Below, piece by piece: positions 24,401 through 36,500 of a stretch of 64,000 nucleotides of DNA. The notes below the pieces were generated by a model. The model made no database searches. It was not told the DNA's origin and saw only the letters and a list, made by a program, of their open reading frames with translations. Numbering within the stretch: position 1 is the first letter of the stretch; each line of letters begins with the position of its first letter. The position numbers were made by a program, and so were the translations under genes. The stretch is from Ophelia neglecta (taxonomy: Eukaryota), in assembly GCA_965285935.1 (NCBI GenBank), contig OZ260664.1, positions 4,030,001 to 4,094,000 of the forward strand. The letters are read 5' to 3'.

Positions 24401-27188
24401 CGCTTTCGGACGCTACAAATTTCCATTCAATGTGTTTTACAAATACACATATATTTTATACAATCAGATTTTGTTTTCGTTTAATTTACAGACGACGATC
24501 GTACGCAGTCATACCCAGGGATACCGTGCATACATTTACATGTACGTATTGCGGATTCAGTATGCATGCTATATAATGAACTATAATTAGGTGAAAATGT
24601 TTCTGGGCCAAGTAACATGATAGGAAATTCCTCAAAGGCATTATTTAAATAGTTATATGTATCCCTAGAGAATTTCTTAATAAATCTGTTGCACTTAGTA
24701 CTCTATGCTAATCGGTTTCAGGGGAGCCCCTTGCATGCTGGATGCCATCCCAATCAAATTAGACGATGGAAAGTCAGGTGCCAACCGTTATAATCATACA
24801 AAAAAACTGAGAAAGCGCAGGACGTCAGGATAGACCGGGCTCACTTAGGAGGCGGGTAACTGGATAGAGGGGTGACTAATTGCACAAGGCACTACATGCG
24901 CGTAAAATATATTCCTCTGTTATCTAAATTGAGACCAATAATCCATATAATTGCATAAGCTTGAGGCAAGACATTAAAGTGTCAATGATAACAGACACTT
25001 ATATAATCGGAAAAAACTGATATGGAAAAATACTGATATAGATTATATCTATTTATAACGTGATAAAGCAGGATGCTTTCAAAAATGCTGCATAACGCCC
25101 AAGCCCATTGAAGATGTGTTATAAATCAATCATTTTAAAGGTATTGTACACATACATCTTTTAGACTTCCAGACAATTGAAAGTTTATAGAGGTAATACA
25201 TTATGGAGAAAAATAACTGTTAGTCCTGGAAGACTCATATGCAATATCGCCCTCGCAGGAGCCAACCATAATTAATATGTACGTCGTGTTAAGTTTTCTT
25301 CAAGGAAAATTTGAACGAACCCCAAACATATAAAGTATAAAGTCAATAAAACACAACTTCAGCATATCATATTGAAACGCAAAAAGCAAAATAATTCATG
25401 TAAATGCACTGTAACAACACTGTTGTCCAGGCAATACAAACATGAGCAAAAGAAAGGTTATAGTGACCAGCCAACACACCCTCAATACATTCGGCAAAGC
25501 ACAACTTCGAAGGAAAACATTTAACGAAGCAAAGCAAATAAGTGAAAATGTACTATAAGTAACCTTATGAACAAATGTATTAAATGCTTGCAAACACTGC
25601 ACTGTAATGGTGTATCTCTTCAATAAAGTCTGCTGCAGGCCCGCAAAATTAATATTTCCGTACTTAATAGTAAATAAGCTTGTAACGAAATTACAACTAA
25701 CAACATTAATTTACTATCACTTGCATTTCGATTAGTCAACAATTTTCATGGTGTAAGTCAGAGGAGGTAGAACATGCCAATAATTACTGATCAACTTTTA
25801 TTCAAAGAGTTTACCTGCGCACGTTTTAAGTATTTCCTGGCATGTTCTAACTGCTGCGACTCGTATAAAGAGTCCTAGCTTACACAGTGACACCTTTCCT
25901 ATGCCTTGTTTAAATAACATATGCCAGTATTTACCATTAAACTCCTTTAAATGGCTAATTGTAATGGATTTATACTTATGGTAGGTTTTATACACACCCA
26001 TCCACATACACCCCCCCTCACACACACTCACGAACACACACGCAGGCACATACACCCCCCCCCCCCCTCACACACACGCACACCCTCACACACACCCAGG
26101 CACATACGCACACCTCCCCTTCCCAGCTCGGACCAAGGATAGGCGCCTACGTTTATCCACCAGCTATTTCTCTCGGCATGTTCGACGAAAATCGAGCAGT
26201 TCGGCCATGGCATTAGTAAACATCAATCACAGGATGCTCTTCTTGAATTGTATGACCATATGCATGCCATTAGTAGAAAATCCTGCACTAAAGATTATAT
26301 CTTTGCATGAATGCAAGTATTTACAAACTATGAGTTCGATCATCTAGGACATGGTGTTCCTTGTGTTTTTTTTTTGTATAGAAGGTGTTTTAGGTGTGTT
26401 ACTTGTCTCGTCCGGCTGTTCCTGCTAATAATCCATGCACTCTGTTAGAGTGGTGTCGGCTGAGGCTTAACACTATCCTATAAAAAGCGGATTACTTATA
26501 CCATACTGGCCTGCTCCTCTCAACACAAATTTCACCGTCCAGACAGTTCGTTTTTGAATACCGCGTCTCAAACCAAACATGACACCCTGACATTTATTTC
26601 GGTCAAATACGCAACACACATTATTTTCTGAAGTGGAATTTCCACAAAACATTATATGATTCAATGTAATTTACACTCAAAGCCTGCATGTAGACATCGC
26701 TCCTTGACAGGGTACCAATTTCGCTGAGTACTATTAAATATTTTGCACATTTCACTCACACCCAATTCTATAGCGAATTCCTACAAACAAGATATTACAC
26801 ACAATAAGGGCAGTAATTAAATAACATTCAAACATGATAGTCCTCTTCAATTTGTCTTCCTGCCAAGTGTAATGTGTATCGCGTCCCGACTATGTGAACA
26901 CTCAGGATTACGCGGGCCTTAATTTGCCAATCGATTTCAATCAACTTGAGTAGAGAAGGCATTAAAGCTTTTAAACGGGTGTAACTAAAACACTATACGA
27001 GACATGTCTTCAGCTGCTGTCAACTTGTGATTTCCCAGTGAATCTCAAACTCATTTTAGACTTTAAGCTTTGTTTTACTAGCTACCGATGTTGGTTGAAC
27101 TTGAAACTGCATCGTCGAAAAAGATGGTCCATTATAAATATCGCCATTATGCTTATCTTGCCAATGAAATTTTCTTGATGCCTATATG

Positions 27189-27742
27189 TGTGGTAGTGTA
27201 GATTTACCGCCTTTATTTAGTTCTAGCATACACCGCTGTAACATCTAGCGCCCATAGGGCTATTTTCTTATTGGCCGACGCAGCCATGCATAACAGGCGG
27301 TAAATTCAGTCCTACCCGCTACCTTTACCGGCATTCTGCCGTTAGCCTTCCTTGTGCAAGGAGGCCTCACCAAACCTCGCCATTTATCAAGTTTCTTGGA
27401 CATAGTCCAGTTCCTTACTGGGTAAGTCACTGTACAGTATTTCCTATGTTCATTCTTAATTTATATCACGCGAGGGATTTGATTACCTCCGTGTATGTAA
27501 TACATTAGTTACAGGGAAAGCTGCTATATGTAAAGCCTTAAATGGGCTATTTTTAATTGTAATTATTCTTTGAACGGCTTTGGTAAATTGATCATAAAGT
27601 ATATGAAATGTTTCTCAATTTATCGAAGGTATCTACAAATTGTATTTTATTATGTTCCAGACTGTAAACTGTTATTGACCTACGTATAATAAACAATACT
27701 ATATAAACCCACTCAGAGGATTTGTGATTCCATTATACCACA
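27189..27742 (+). repeat. 5' LTR (554 bp)
   Basis: TGTGGTA...TACCACA terminal inverted ends. Identical to 32102-32654 except one extra C near 27311. AATAAA at 27688. Confidence 0.97.
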
Positions 27743-27744
27743 AA

Positions 27745-27754
27745 TGGCGCCCGA
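27745..27754 (+). promoter_or_regulatory. Primer-binding site (tRNA-Lys-like)
   Basis: TGGCGCCCGA, 2 nt after the 5' LTR, matches the first 10 nt of the tRNA-Lys3 PBS (TGGCGCCCGAACAGGGAC). Confidence 0.75.
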
Positions 27755-28471
27755 TAAGCTTTGATTTGTACGTGGGTCAATTACTGTGTAGAAGCAAAAG
27801 AGTGGACGACTTCCTACAGTCCCCGTTGGTGGTTACGGTGCTGTCAAATCCAGCGCCGGCCGACTAACAAAGCCTGACGCAGTTGTTCACGGCTTCAGCC
27901 GCACCCAGATGCCGAAGAAACAACTGCGACCATCCCTACTGAACCATGCCAGAAAATGCCCTATTCTGAATGAATGAAGTTGAAAGAACAGACCAGCTAC
28001 CAATTATTGTGAATGCTTACCGAGACTTTGAAAAGATCATTTACTTCACCAAACAACTGTTGACGGAAACTACCACGAGCGCCTTTTCGCATGAATCGGG
28101 CTTCTTGTCTTCGGCCAGCCGACGGAAGCCACCGGAAAAACCCGAACAATGTTCCCGGTTCGAGAAAGCGCCTTTGTTCAACGGAAACAAGACCAGAGCC
28201 AATGAACTTCACTGCTGCTAAAAACAGACTTCACATTTACAGAATTATACGCAGGTATTTTGAGACATAATTATAACCTGATCTTTCCTGCAGAATATCT
28301 GACTTTAAGTGACTTTTCACTTTGTTATTAAACGTGAAGTAATATTTGAATTGTGGTATAATGGAATCACAAATCACAAATCCTCTGAGTGGGTTTATAT
28401 AGTATTGTTTATTGTACGTAGGTCAATAACAGTTTACAGTCCAGTAAGGAACTGGACTATGTCCAAGAAAC

Positions 28472-31400
28472 TTGATAAATGGCGAGGTTTTTCAGTTAAA
28501 TGAAGAAACTTTGAGTTCTACCAATACAGTTACACATAAGATCAATTTGACAGATGATAAACCAGTACGTTTGCCACATAGGCGTATACCACCTCACCTG
28601 ATACCAGAGGTTAAAGAACATCTTGATAAACTTTTACAACAAAACATTGCAAGGCGTAGTCATAGCCCGTACGCTTCTCCTGTTGTACTAGTAAGAAAAA
28701 AAGACCATAGCCTTAGACTTTGTGTTGACTACAGGCAACTTAACTCCAAAACTATAAAGGATGCATATCCTTTACCTAGAACCGATGATGTAATAGAGAC
28801 ATTAAAAGGTTCATCTTATTTTTCCACTTTGGACCTGAGCCAAGGGTATCACCAGGTCCAGATGGAGGAAAGAGATATTCCTAAGACAGCTTTTAGGATA
28901 GGTACAGGAGGTCTGTATGAATATTTGCGCATGCCCTTCGGCCTCTGCAACAGTCCTAGTACATTCCAGCGTCTTATGGAATTGTGTTTCCAGGAACAGA
29001 ACTTCGAAATATTGATTTTGTTTTTGGATGATATTCTTGTGTTTTCCAAAAATTTTGAAGACCATCTTGAGCGCCTCCGCACAGTATTTACGGTTCTGAG
29101 GAAACACAATCTGAAATTGAAATTAAAGAAGTGCCATTTCTTCCAAAAACAGGTGAGGTATTTAGGACATTTAGTTTCTGAACATGGTATTCAGACTGAT
29201 GATGAGAAAACCAAGGCTATAGACGAATGGCCAATGCCTAAAACAGAGTCAGAACTGAGAAGTTTTCTTGGCTTGGCTTCATATTACAGGAAGTATGTTA
29301 AGAACTTCGCTCAAATAGCCTCCCCCCTTCATAGATTGGTTGGAAAAGCCCCTACAAAGAAAGGTCGTAAAAAGAAAACGACAACTGATGTCGAAAACTC
29401 ATTTGACAATCAGTGGACAGAAGAGTGTACTTCAGCTTTTGCCACCTTAAAAGCAAAATTGGTTAGTTCACCCATCCTTGGCTACCCGGATTTTACTAAA
29501 GAATTTATTCTTGAAACTGATGCGAGTTTCAAAGGTTTGGGTGCTGTGTTAAGCCAAGATCAAGAACAGGGAAGAGTGGTAATTGCGTATGCATCAAGGA
29601 GCTTAAAACCAGCAGAGAGAAACGAGAAAAACTACAGTTCAATGAAACTGGAACTGTTGGCAATGAAATGGGCAATAACTGATAAATTTAAGGACTACTT
29701 GATTGGCTGTCCTAAATTCGTTGTGTATACTGACAACAACCCCCTAAGCTACTTGCATTCAGCTAAGTTAGGAGCGACCGAAACTAGGTGGGCCGCCCAA
29801 CTTGCACAATACAACTTTGAAGTAAAATACAGGTCGGGAAAAAGTAATGTAAATGCAGACTCTCTCAGTAGAATGGATCATGAAATGATCGAAGATACTC
29901 TACGGAGCGTTAGCATGACCACTACTATCCCCCTTCCTAAAACGACAGTGTCACAAGTCCTGATTACACCAGATATTCCGCATACTTGGTCACAAGAATA
30001 TTCCCATGATGATCTGATTGAGTATCAGAATGATGACCAAATTATAGGTCGCCTTATGCACCTGATGAAAGGTCATAAACCCACAAAACGTCAGCTCTCA
30101 AAAGAAAACTGGGAGGTGCGAAGACTCTGCGGTCAGTGGGAGAAATTAAAATTTGACAATGACCTTTTATACAGAATTATTATGCATGAAGGCATGGAAA
30201 TTTGGCAATTATTGGTTCCCATAGCATTGCGTGACCACATGTTACGGCTTTCTCATGACAACTGTGGCCACCAAGGCATTGAGAGGACCTTTACAATACT
30301 ACGCCAAAAATGTTACTGGTCCAAAATGCACAATGACGTAGAGAAATGGTGTCTAAAATGTAAACGTTGCATGCTTGCAAAGAGTTTACCAACAAAACCG
30401 TCTATTGACAGTATTGTTGCAAAACACCCGCTTGAGATACTAGCCATTGATTATACAATTCTTGATAAAGCATCTGATGGTACAGAAAACGTTTTGGTAA
30501 TGACTGATATATTCACGAAATACTCCAAAGCAGTACCAACCAAAAATCAGAAGGCTTCCACCGTTGCAAGGGTCCTTGTCAATGAATGGTTTCACCACTA
30601 CGGGATACCCCTCAGATTACATTCGGATCAAGGTAAAAACTTTGAAAGTCAGGTTATAAAGGAATTGTGTAAAATATATGGTATAAAAAAGACAAGAACA
30701 ACAAGCTATCACCCTGAGGGAAATGGCCAAACGGAGCGTTTTAATCGGACCATGCATAATTTGCTGCGCACGATCCCAACTGACAAAAAGTCGAAATGGC
30801 CTTCCTACCTACCAGAGCTCACCTATTTGTATAATTGCACTCCACACAAATCTACTGGCTTGTCACCTTATTACCTCTTGTTTGGCCGAGATCCAGTCCT
30901 CCCCATTGACATGGCGTTGGGTGATCAGAAAGTGGGTGAAGTTGATTATACCATAGATGATTGGCTCTGTGCACACTACGAAAATTTGCGGTCTGCCCAT
31001 GAGCAGGCTACTGCAAATATTGAAAATACCGCTAAGAAACGAAGAATTCTTTACAATGACAAGTCTCGAGTCAATGACAAACCTATTCAAATAGGTGCAA
31101 GAGTATTCCTTCGCAAACGCGTTCTGGGGCGAAACAAAATTCAGGACATATGGGCCGCTGATCCCTTTATGGTAATTGCTAGGCCAAACAATAACGTTTA
31201 CACTGTGAAACCAGCAACTGGTGATGGTGCGACAAGAAATGTCTGTAGAGCTGAAATTTTAGACTCAAGGGAATGTTTTCGTGATAGAAATTTTGAGACA
31301 GACTCAAAGGTGATTAAAGCGGAGAGTCCTGAATTGAATTTTGTCCAGGAACTGCCACCAGAATCCGATGAAAGTGAGGATGAACAATTCAGAATAGAGT

Positions 31401-31588
31401 TTTCTAACACCCGTGGTTCAAAAATTAGTGAAAGTTTAAGACCTGCTTTAAATAAAGCAGGGAAGCCCCCAAATAATTCTGATGATGCTACTGAAGTAAT
31501 CCAAGAAAAATTGTATGATAATGGTGTTGTTGTAAATAGTGATTTAATTGGCGAATCCGTTCAAACTAAATCGCAAAAAATGTTGTAA
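28472..31588 (+). CDS. pol: Gypsy Pol (RT, RNase H, integrase); open frame starting at TTG, no protease
   Basis: SPYASPVVLV, LCVDYRQLN, MPFGLCNSPSTFQ and FLDD (RT); TDAS, ELLA, TDN and NADSLSR (RNase H); H-x4-H...C-x2-C, IDY, SDQG and ERFN (integrase HHCC/DDE). Confidence 0.93.
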   Translation: MINGEVFQLNEETLSSTNTVTHKINLTDDKPVRLPHRRIPPHLIPEVKEHLDKLLQQNIARRSHSPYASPVVLVRKKDHSLRLCVDYRQLNSKTIKDAYPLPRTDDVIETLKGSSYFSTLDLSQGYHQVQMEERDIPKTAFRIGTGGLYEYLRMPFGLCNSPSTFQRLMELCFQEQNFEILILFLDDILVFSKNFEDHLERLRTVFTVLRKHNLKLKLKKCHFFQKQVRYLGHLVSEHGIQTDDEKTKAIDEWPMPKTESELRSFLGLASYYRKYVKNFAQIASPLHRLVGKAPTKKGRKKKTTTDVENSFDNQWTEECTSAFATLKAKLVSSPILGYPDFTKEFILETDASFKGLGAVLSQDQEQGRVVIAYASRSLKPAERNEKNYSSMKLELLAMKWAITDKFKDYLIGCPKFVVYTDNNPLSYLHSAKLGATETRWAAQLAQYNFEVKYRSGKSNVNADSLSRMDHEMIEDTLRSVSMTTTIPLPKTTVSQVLITPDIPHTWSQEYSHDDLIEYQNDDQIIGRLMHLMKGHKPTKRQLSKENWEVRRLCGQWEKLKFDNDLLYRIIMHEGMEIWQLLVPIALRDHMLRLSHDNCGHQGIERTFTILRQKCYWSKMHNDVEKWCLKCKRCMLAKSLPTKPSIDSIVAKHPLEILAIDYTILDKASDGTENVLVMTDIFTKYSKAVPTKNQKASTVARVLVNEWFHHYGIPLRLHSDQGKNFESQVIKELCKIYGIKKTRTTSYHPEGNGQTERFNRTMHNLLRTIPTDKKSKWPSYLPELTYLYNCTPHKSTGLSPYYLLFGRDPVLPIDMALGDQKVGEVDYTIDDWLCAHYENLRSAHEQATANIENTAKKRRILYNDKSRVNDKPIQIGARVFLRKRVLGRNKIQDIWAADPFMVIARPNNNVYTVKPATGDGATRNVCRAEILDSRECFRDRNFETDSKVIKAESPELNFVQELPPESDESEDEQFRIEFSNTRGSKISESLRPALNKAGKPPNNSDDATEVIQEKLYDNGVVVNSDLIGESVQTKSQKML

Positions 31589-31593
31589 ATAAT

Positions 31594-31800
31594 GTGTCAC
31601 AAAATGATAATTGTTTGAATGTAAATTTAGAAATAGGATCCCCTCAAATTGATGATCCTGTGAATTATAAACAACCTGCTCCTTTGCGGAGATCAGAACG
31701 TGTAAATTTTGGGACTCACTCAAATCCCCACAATCTGCCAAAGTCTGCCGTGAAAACGGTAAGTTGTTCTTTTAAAGATGAAGATGAAGTGTTTGTATAA
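31594..31800 (+). CDS. Frameshifted C-terminal tail of Gypsy Pol
   Basis: PLRRSERVNFGTHSNPHNLP resembles Gypsy integrase C-terminal tails. One more A in the A6 run at 31575-31580 would join it to pol. Confidence 0.7.
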   Translation: MSQNDNCLNVNLEIGSPQIDDPVNYKQPAPLRRSERVNFGTHSNPHNLPKSAVKTVSCSFKDEDEVFV

Positions 31801-32089
31801 AGCACTTGCATACTATTGTATCCTTAAATATTGACATGTCTTTTGATTTCTCTTATAAACTGCTATTAGTACTTTACTGATTCATGATCTATGTGCTAAC
31901 TTATTGGTACGCAGTAAACTAAGACTTTCGTTGCTAGCACTTTATTTAATATTATAGGCCTACATGTAGATCGGAATCCATAGGAATTCCAGAATTAAAT
32001 GCGCATATGTACATATTCCTTTACTATTATTGAAATACCTAAAAACAAAATTGTAATAATTATATATATCATGAGGTCATGATGTCTTC

Positions 32090-32101
32090 AGCAGGGAAGT
32101 A
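32090..32101 (+). promoter_or_regulatory. Polypurine tract
   Basis: AGCAGGGAAGTA immediately before the 3' LTR. Confidence 0.7.
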
Positions 32102-32654
32102 TGTGGTAGTGTAGATTTACCGCCTTTATTTAGTTCTAGCATACACCGCTGTAACATCTAGCGCCCATAGGGCTATTTTCTTATTGGCCGACGCAGCCAT
32201 GCATAACAGGCGGTAAATTCAGTCTACCCGCTACCTTTACCGGCATTCTGCCGTTAGCCTTCCTTGTGCAAGGAGGCCTCACCAAACCTCGCCATTTATC
32301 AAGTTTCTTGGACATAGTCCAGTTCCTTACTGGGTAAGTCACTGTACAGTATTTCCTATGTTCATTCTTAATTTATATCACGCGAGGGATTTGATTACCT
32401 CCGTGTATGTAATACATTAGTTACAGGGAAAGCTGCTATATGTAAAGCCTTAAATGGGCTATTTTTAATTGTAATTATTCTTTGAACGGCTTTGGTAAAT
32501 TGATCATAAAGTATATGAAATGTTTCTCAATTTATCGAAGGTATCTACAAATTGTATTTTATTATGTTCCAGACTGTAAACTGTTATTGACCTACGTATA
32601 ATAAACAATACTATATAAACCCACTCAGAGGATTTGTGATTCCATTATACCACA
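32102..32654 (+). repeat. 3' LTR (553 bp)
   Basis: Direct repeat of 27189-27742 with a single 1-bp indel. Confidence 0.97.
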
Positions 32655-33259
32655 TATGCTTGAAAAACGACATTTTAGCGACATATCACAACAGGGTCTA
32701 TTCGTCATACAACTAATTTTGCCCGCAACATGTTTGTATATCTGCTATCAGCAGGAACAACTGGTACCAAGTGGTTTAAATAAAGTGTGTCGTGTAAGCG
32801 CCGGATAAGAAATTTCTAAAAACGAAAAAAAACCCGGATCAATAAATAAGTCTGAATTTGCTTGATTGAAAGACACATGTCTACGCAGTTCTTAGCGTGT
32901 GAAATTATTTTTCGCTGCAAAAAGAAAATTGCAAAGCAGGAAGGCAGATTTAGCGTTCGATATCCATTCGTTGAAAAGGACTCCCAGAGTCCAATGGTAT
33001 TTGGTGTAGACACTTTAGCATGGTTGTCAACATTAGCTCAAGCAAAATAATTTTGGCCAAAAACTATTTTTGACACAGTCGATTAACCATGCGATGTGTC
33101 TTCCAATTGAATGATTTTAAAACTCGCAGTAAGGATCACAGTTCAATTCACAAGCGTGACATAATGACAAGTCAGGCTATTAATTCAAATTTAACGAGTT
33201 GCCTATTTCATGAAATGATATCCAACACATCGAAACACTTTACCCGAACTGAAAACATG

Positions 33260-33535
33260 TTTGATAACATTTCTGACATAAGCTAATTCACGATAACAAT
33301 ATCATAGATAAATTATTCTCTTGATTCATTTTATTACAGAAAATGTCAATGAGAATCGAGTATTTCTGTTTACTTACAGGTAGACGTTGTCAAATAAGGA
33401 CAATTCGGAAACTGTAGTTTGCAATCCTAACATGTAAGTTGATAAAATATTTGATAACATTTCTGACATAAGCTAACTCATGATAAAAATATTGTGGATA
33501 ATTTATTCTCTCGATTTATTTTATAATAGAAATAA
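33260..33535. repeat. Spaced direct repeat, 2 x ~85 bp, 190-bp period
   Basis: TTTGATAACATTTCTGACATAAGCTAA.TCA.GATAA.AATAT... at 33260 and 33450. Confidence 0.85.
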
Positions 33536-36500
33536 GCAACGACTGTAGAGCGACGACCGTTACGACTATCCACTGTGAATATGATAAAATTGCTGATCCT
33601 GATTCTACGTATCGTTATTGTTCACGAGTATTTGCTCTATTTACTGGCAACGCGAAGTATTAATGTAATTTAGGTAGGATTCACCCCATTAGGTGATCTA
33701 CTGGGGCTGCGGACTTGACCTGAAGCAAATAGCTTTTTCCTGAATAGCCAGACGCGACATTAAAGCCATAGCCCAAAAACCAATACTCGCCCTTATCATA
33801 ACCGGAAATGTGACCGCCTATGACCTTTGAATGGTCTATCAAACAATTTAAGGGTACTTTATTTAACCTGAATATGCGGCACAACGTACATCATAATAAT
33901 GGAACAGCGGGATTTTCAAAAAAGGCCAGAATCTAAAGTATTTTTTATCCACTGGCATAGTGTTTGATCTCAGAGTAGCTGGTACTGGGGTAAGATAAAA
34001 AAAACACGTTTATTATTAGGAATTTGATTTAAAGGACCCGTAATTATGTAAATTATTACTGAAATTTAATGTTCCTAATGTCCCCTAAGCATTGCTAAGA
34101 TTCTGCGTGGACACTTTCTAATAAATGGGTATGTAAGTGCACATTCATAAAAGTTTTCTGTATTTTTTTGCTGACTTTCCTACACATGCCTTTATATTTG
34201 CGTACGAGATGACCTCATGCTTTTATTAAGATACTAACGTAAATATTTTAGTTAATTTCCTGGCTTATTTTTGTTTTCCCGGAAGGAACAAAATTATGTT
34301 ACTGCCAGGAACTGGGAAGCAAATATAATTTCAAGAATCTTAACCGCAGGTTCGGAAGAACTGCTCTAATCCCGGAACACGCTTTGATAGATAATGTATT
34401 GCCGGATAGGAACCTTCTTTCACCTGCAGATGTAAATAGTGAGAAATGAAATCTGAATGGGCACATAATCTGGATGCCGCTAATTAAAAAAAATATCTGT
34501 CAGGTAATGTAACCGTCAAGCAGTGAACTCAGATGAATGAAAAGCTCGTCCTACAAGAAGGACGAAACCTGCATAAATGGACATTGCAATTATTATCTGC
34601 TTTGCATCACATATATTTACTTCTCATTGAATGAGATATCAACGTATTATTTGTATTTCCTTTTCGTTGCTTATTGACAGTTGGGGAGTTTGGGATTTAT
34701 GCTTACTTCACCTGAAGTTTCCTGATAATTTCGCACCTATGTGGGGATATATGTAATCTCCATGAGCCAGTATTTTAACTATTAAAGGAGTTTAGGATAT
34801 CTAAGAATATTAGGAAGCTTTTCTACGTTTTATCATATAATATTTCCGTCCATTGCATATTCAACAGATTTAGTGTGACATTTCGCTGAGAAGCGAGTGC
34901 CCTATGTAATCATCAAGTAGCGAGACAAATAAGCGAGGGTCAATTTAAAAACACGCTGTGTCATATTGGTCGGCTCTAGTAGCTTTATTTATACCTGATG
35001 TATTGCTCAGACGGAGTATGCAACCAACTCTTCTGCCTGTTTTTTCCCTTGGGGATATCCTATATCTTAAGTCGTTTGACAAAAGCAACGGAAAATATAT
35101 TGATGGCTTTATTGAACAGTACAAAGACGCCACGGATAGAAACTAAATAAAATAAAATACACTTGATATACACTCACTGACAGTTTTTGTCGTTACACAT
35201 CTGACCGAGCATGCCAACATACAATATGAAAAATTTAACTTAAGTCACCACCTTGCCTAGTACACACACAAGTCCCCAAAACCTTGGATTTACCCTTATT
35301 AATATATACACATGACTCCAGCTGACACTACATATACTGTATTAGCCCGAGTAGCTTGCCATGCTAACTCTTTCCCCCACATCTTTTAGTTTGGTGCATA
35401 GTTTCATGAAACAGAGCAGAGCATTTGGAGTGAGTCGAGATAGATAGTTATTCATGTATTGAATCGGGCACATCAGGTATCTGAAATTATCAAAAACTTG
35501 ACAAAACAAAAGGAGAGAAAACCTAATTGACATTCATATAAACTGTTCAAGCTAAATTCATTTACTATTAAATGACCAGAGTATATTTCTATAATCCTCT
35601 ACATTCTGAAATAGTATATATAAATCATGTAGTATAACTGAATGAAGATTTGCCAAATAAAAGACTAGGCCTTCCACGGTTGATAGACAAATAGTTCTTA
35701 CCGGCTGGCCACTGTTTTTTTTATATAGATATATACCAAAGGTAATGTCACATATGTTTTCTCCGACAATCTTTTTTCTCTCCGAGTACAAACCCCAACA
35801 ACTTAACATCATCAAAGTAACCAAATGTGATATTATATTTCTATTTCATAACCAAAACAGTTAATTCTAAAGCCGGTATATCATTGAGGAATAGACCCGC
35901 ACCTTCTTATAAATGTGTCGTTGGGGTTAAATGCCACATACAAAAGTTCATCTAAAAAAAAAAAAAAAAAAAAAAAAACCCAAACAACACTTGTAAATTA
36001 GGCAATGTACTCTAGATAGAAATTATCGCGAGGTTTGGCAACATGTTCAGTTTGCGAAGAGTTCCTGTCCCGATTTCCCTTCCCAACCATCCTGTCGAAT
36101 CATTGTCATCACTGTCGCATTACTCAGTGACTTTATTCCTGTCTGCGATCCACTCACACCTCTGCCACCCCGTTGTCATCCTCTCCAAACATCATCACCC
36201 TAGCAGAGCTCAGTGACTTGATTCAATGTTAAAGTATAGGGTCTTGCTCACGAATGATGGTCTACAGAGTCGTTGTCTGGATATACCACTTCTGTATTAT
36301 TCCCATTAAAAATTACATGTGAATCCGGGTTCGGATATTCCACGTGTGTAACCGTCTGTAGAGGTATAAGTATAAACCACATGCGCAGAATCAGTAGAGC
36401 TTTCCGTTGAATGTGGAGAGAAATTACACGAGAATGCAAGTTAGCTCTTACGAGATTCTATACGTCCTGTTTATAAAATGCGATCATCACTTCAGCATAG

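Larger units (their letters stand above)
27189..32654 (+). mobile_element. Ty3/Gypsy LTR retrotransposon, recent insertion, lacking gag/protease
   Basis: Two TG...CA LTRs, 4-bp TSD TATG (27185-27188 and 32655-32658), PBS, PPT, and pol in RT-RH-IN order. Confidence 0.97.

Noticed and set aside
27970-28221. 83-aa ORF as gag of the Gypsy element
   Set aside because: Too short, with no capsid or zinc-knuckle features. Splicing from the 28255 donor to pol would need readthrough of its TAA.
32695-35899. GGGTCTATTC...GAATAGACCC as TIRs of a 3.2-kb element
   Set aside because: Only ~13/14 bp match, with no TSD and no transposase. These are probably ends of separate repeats.
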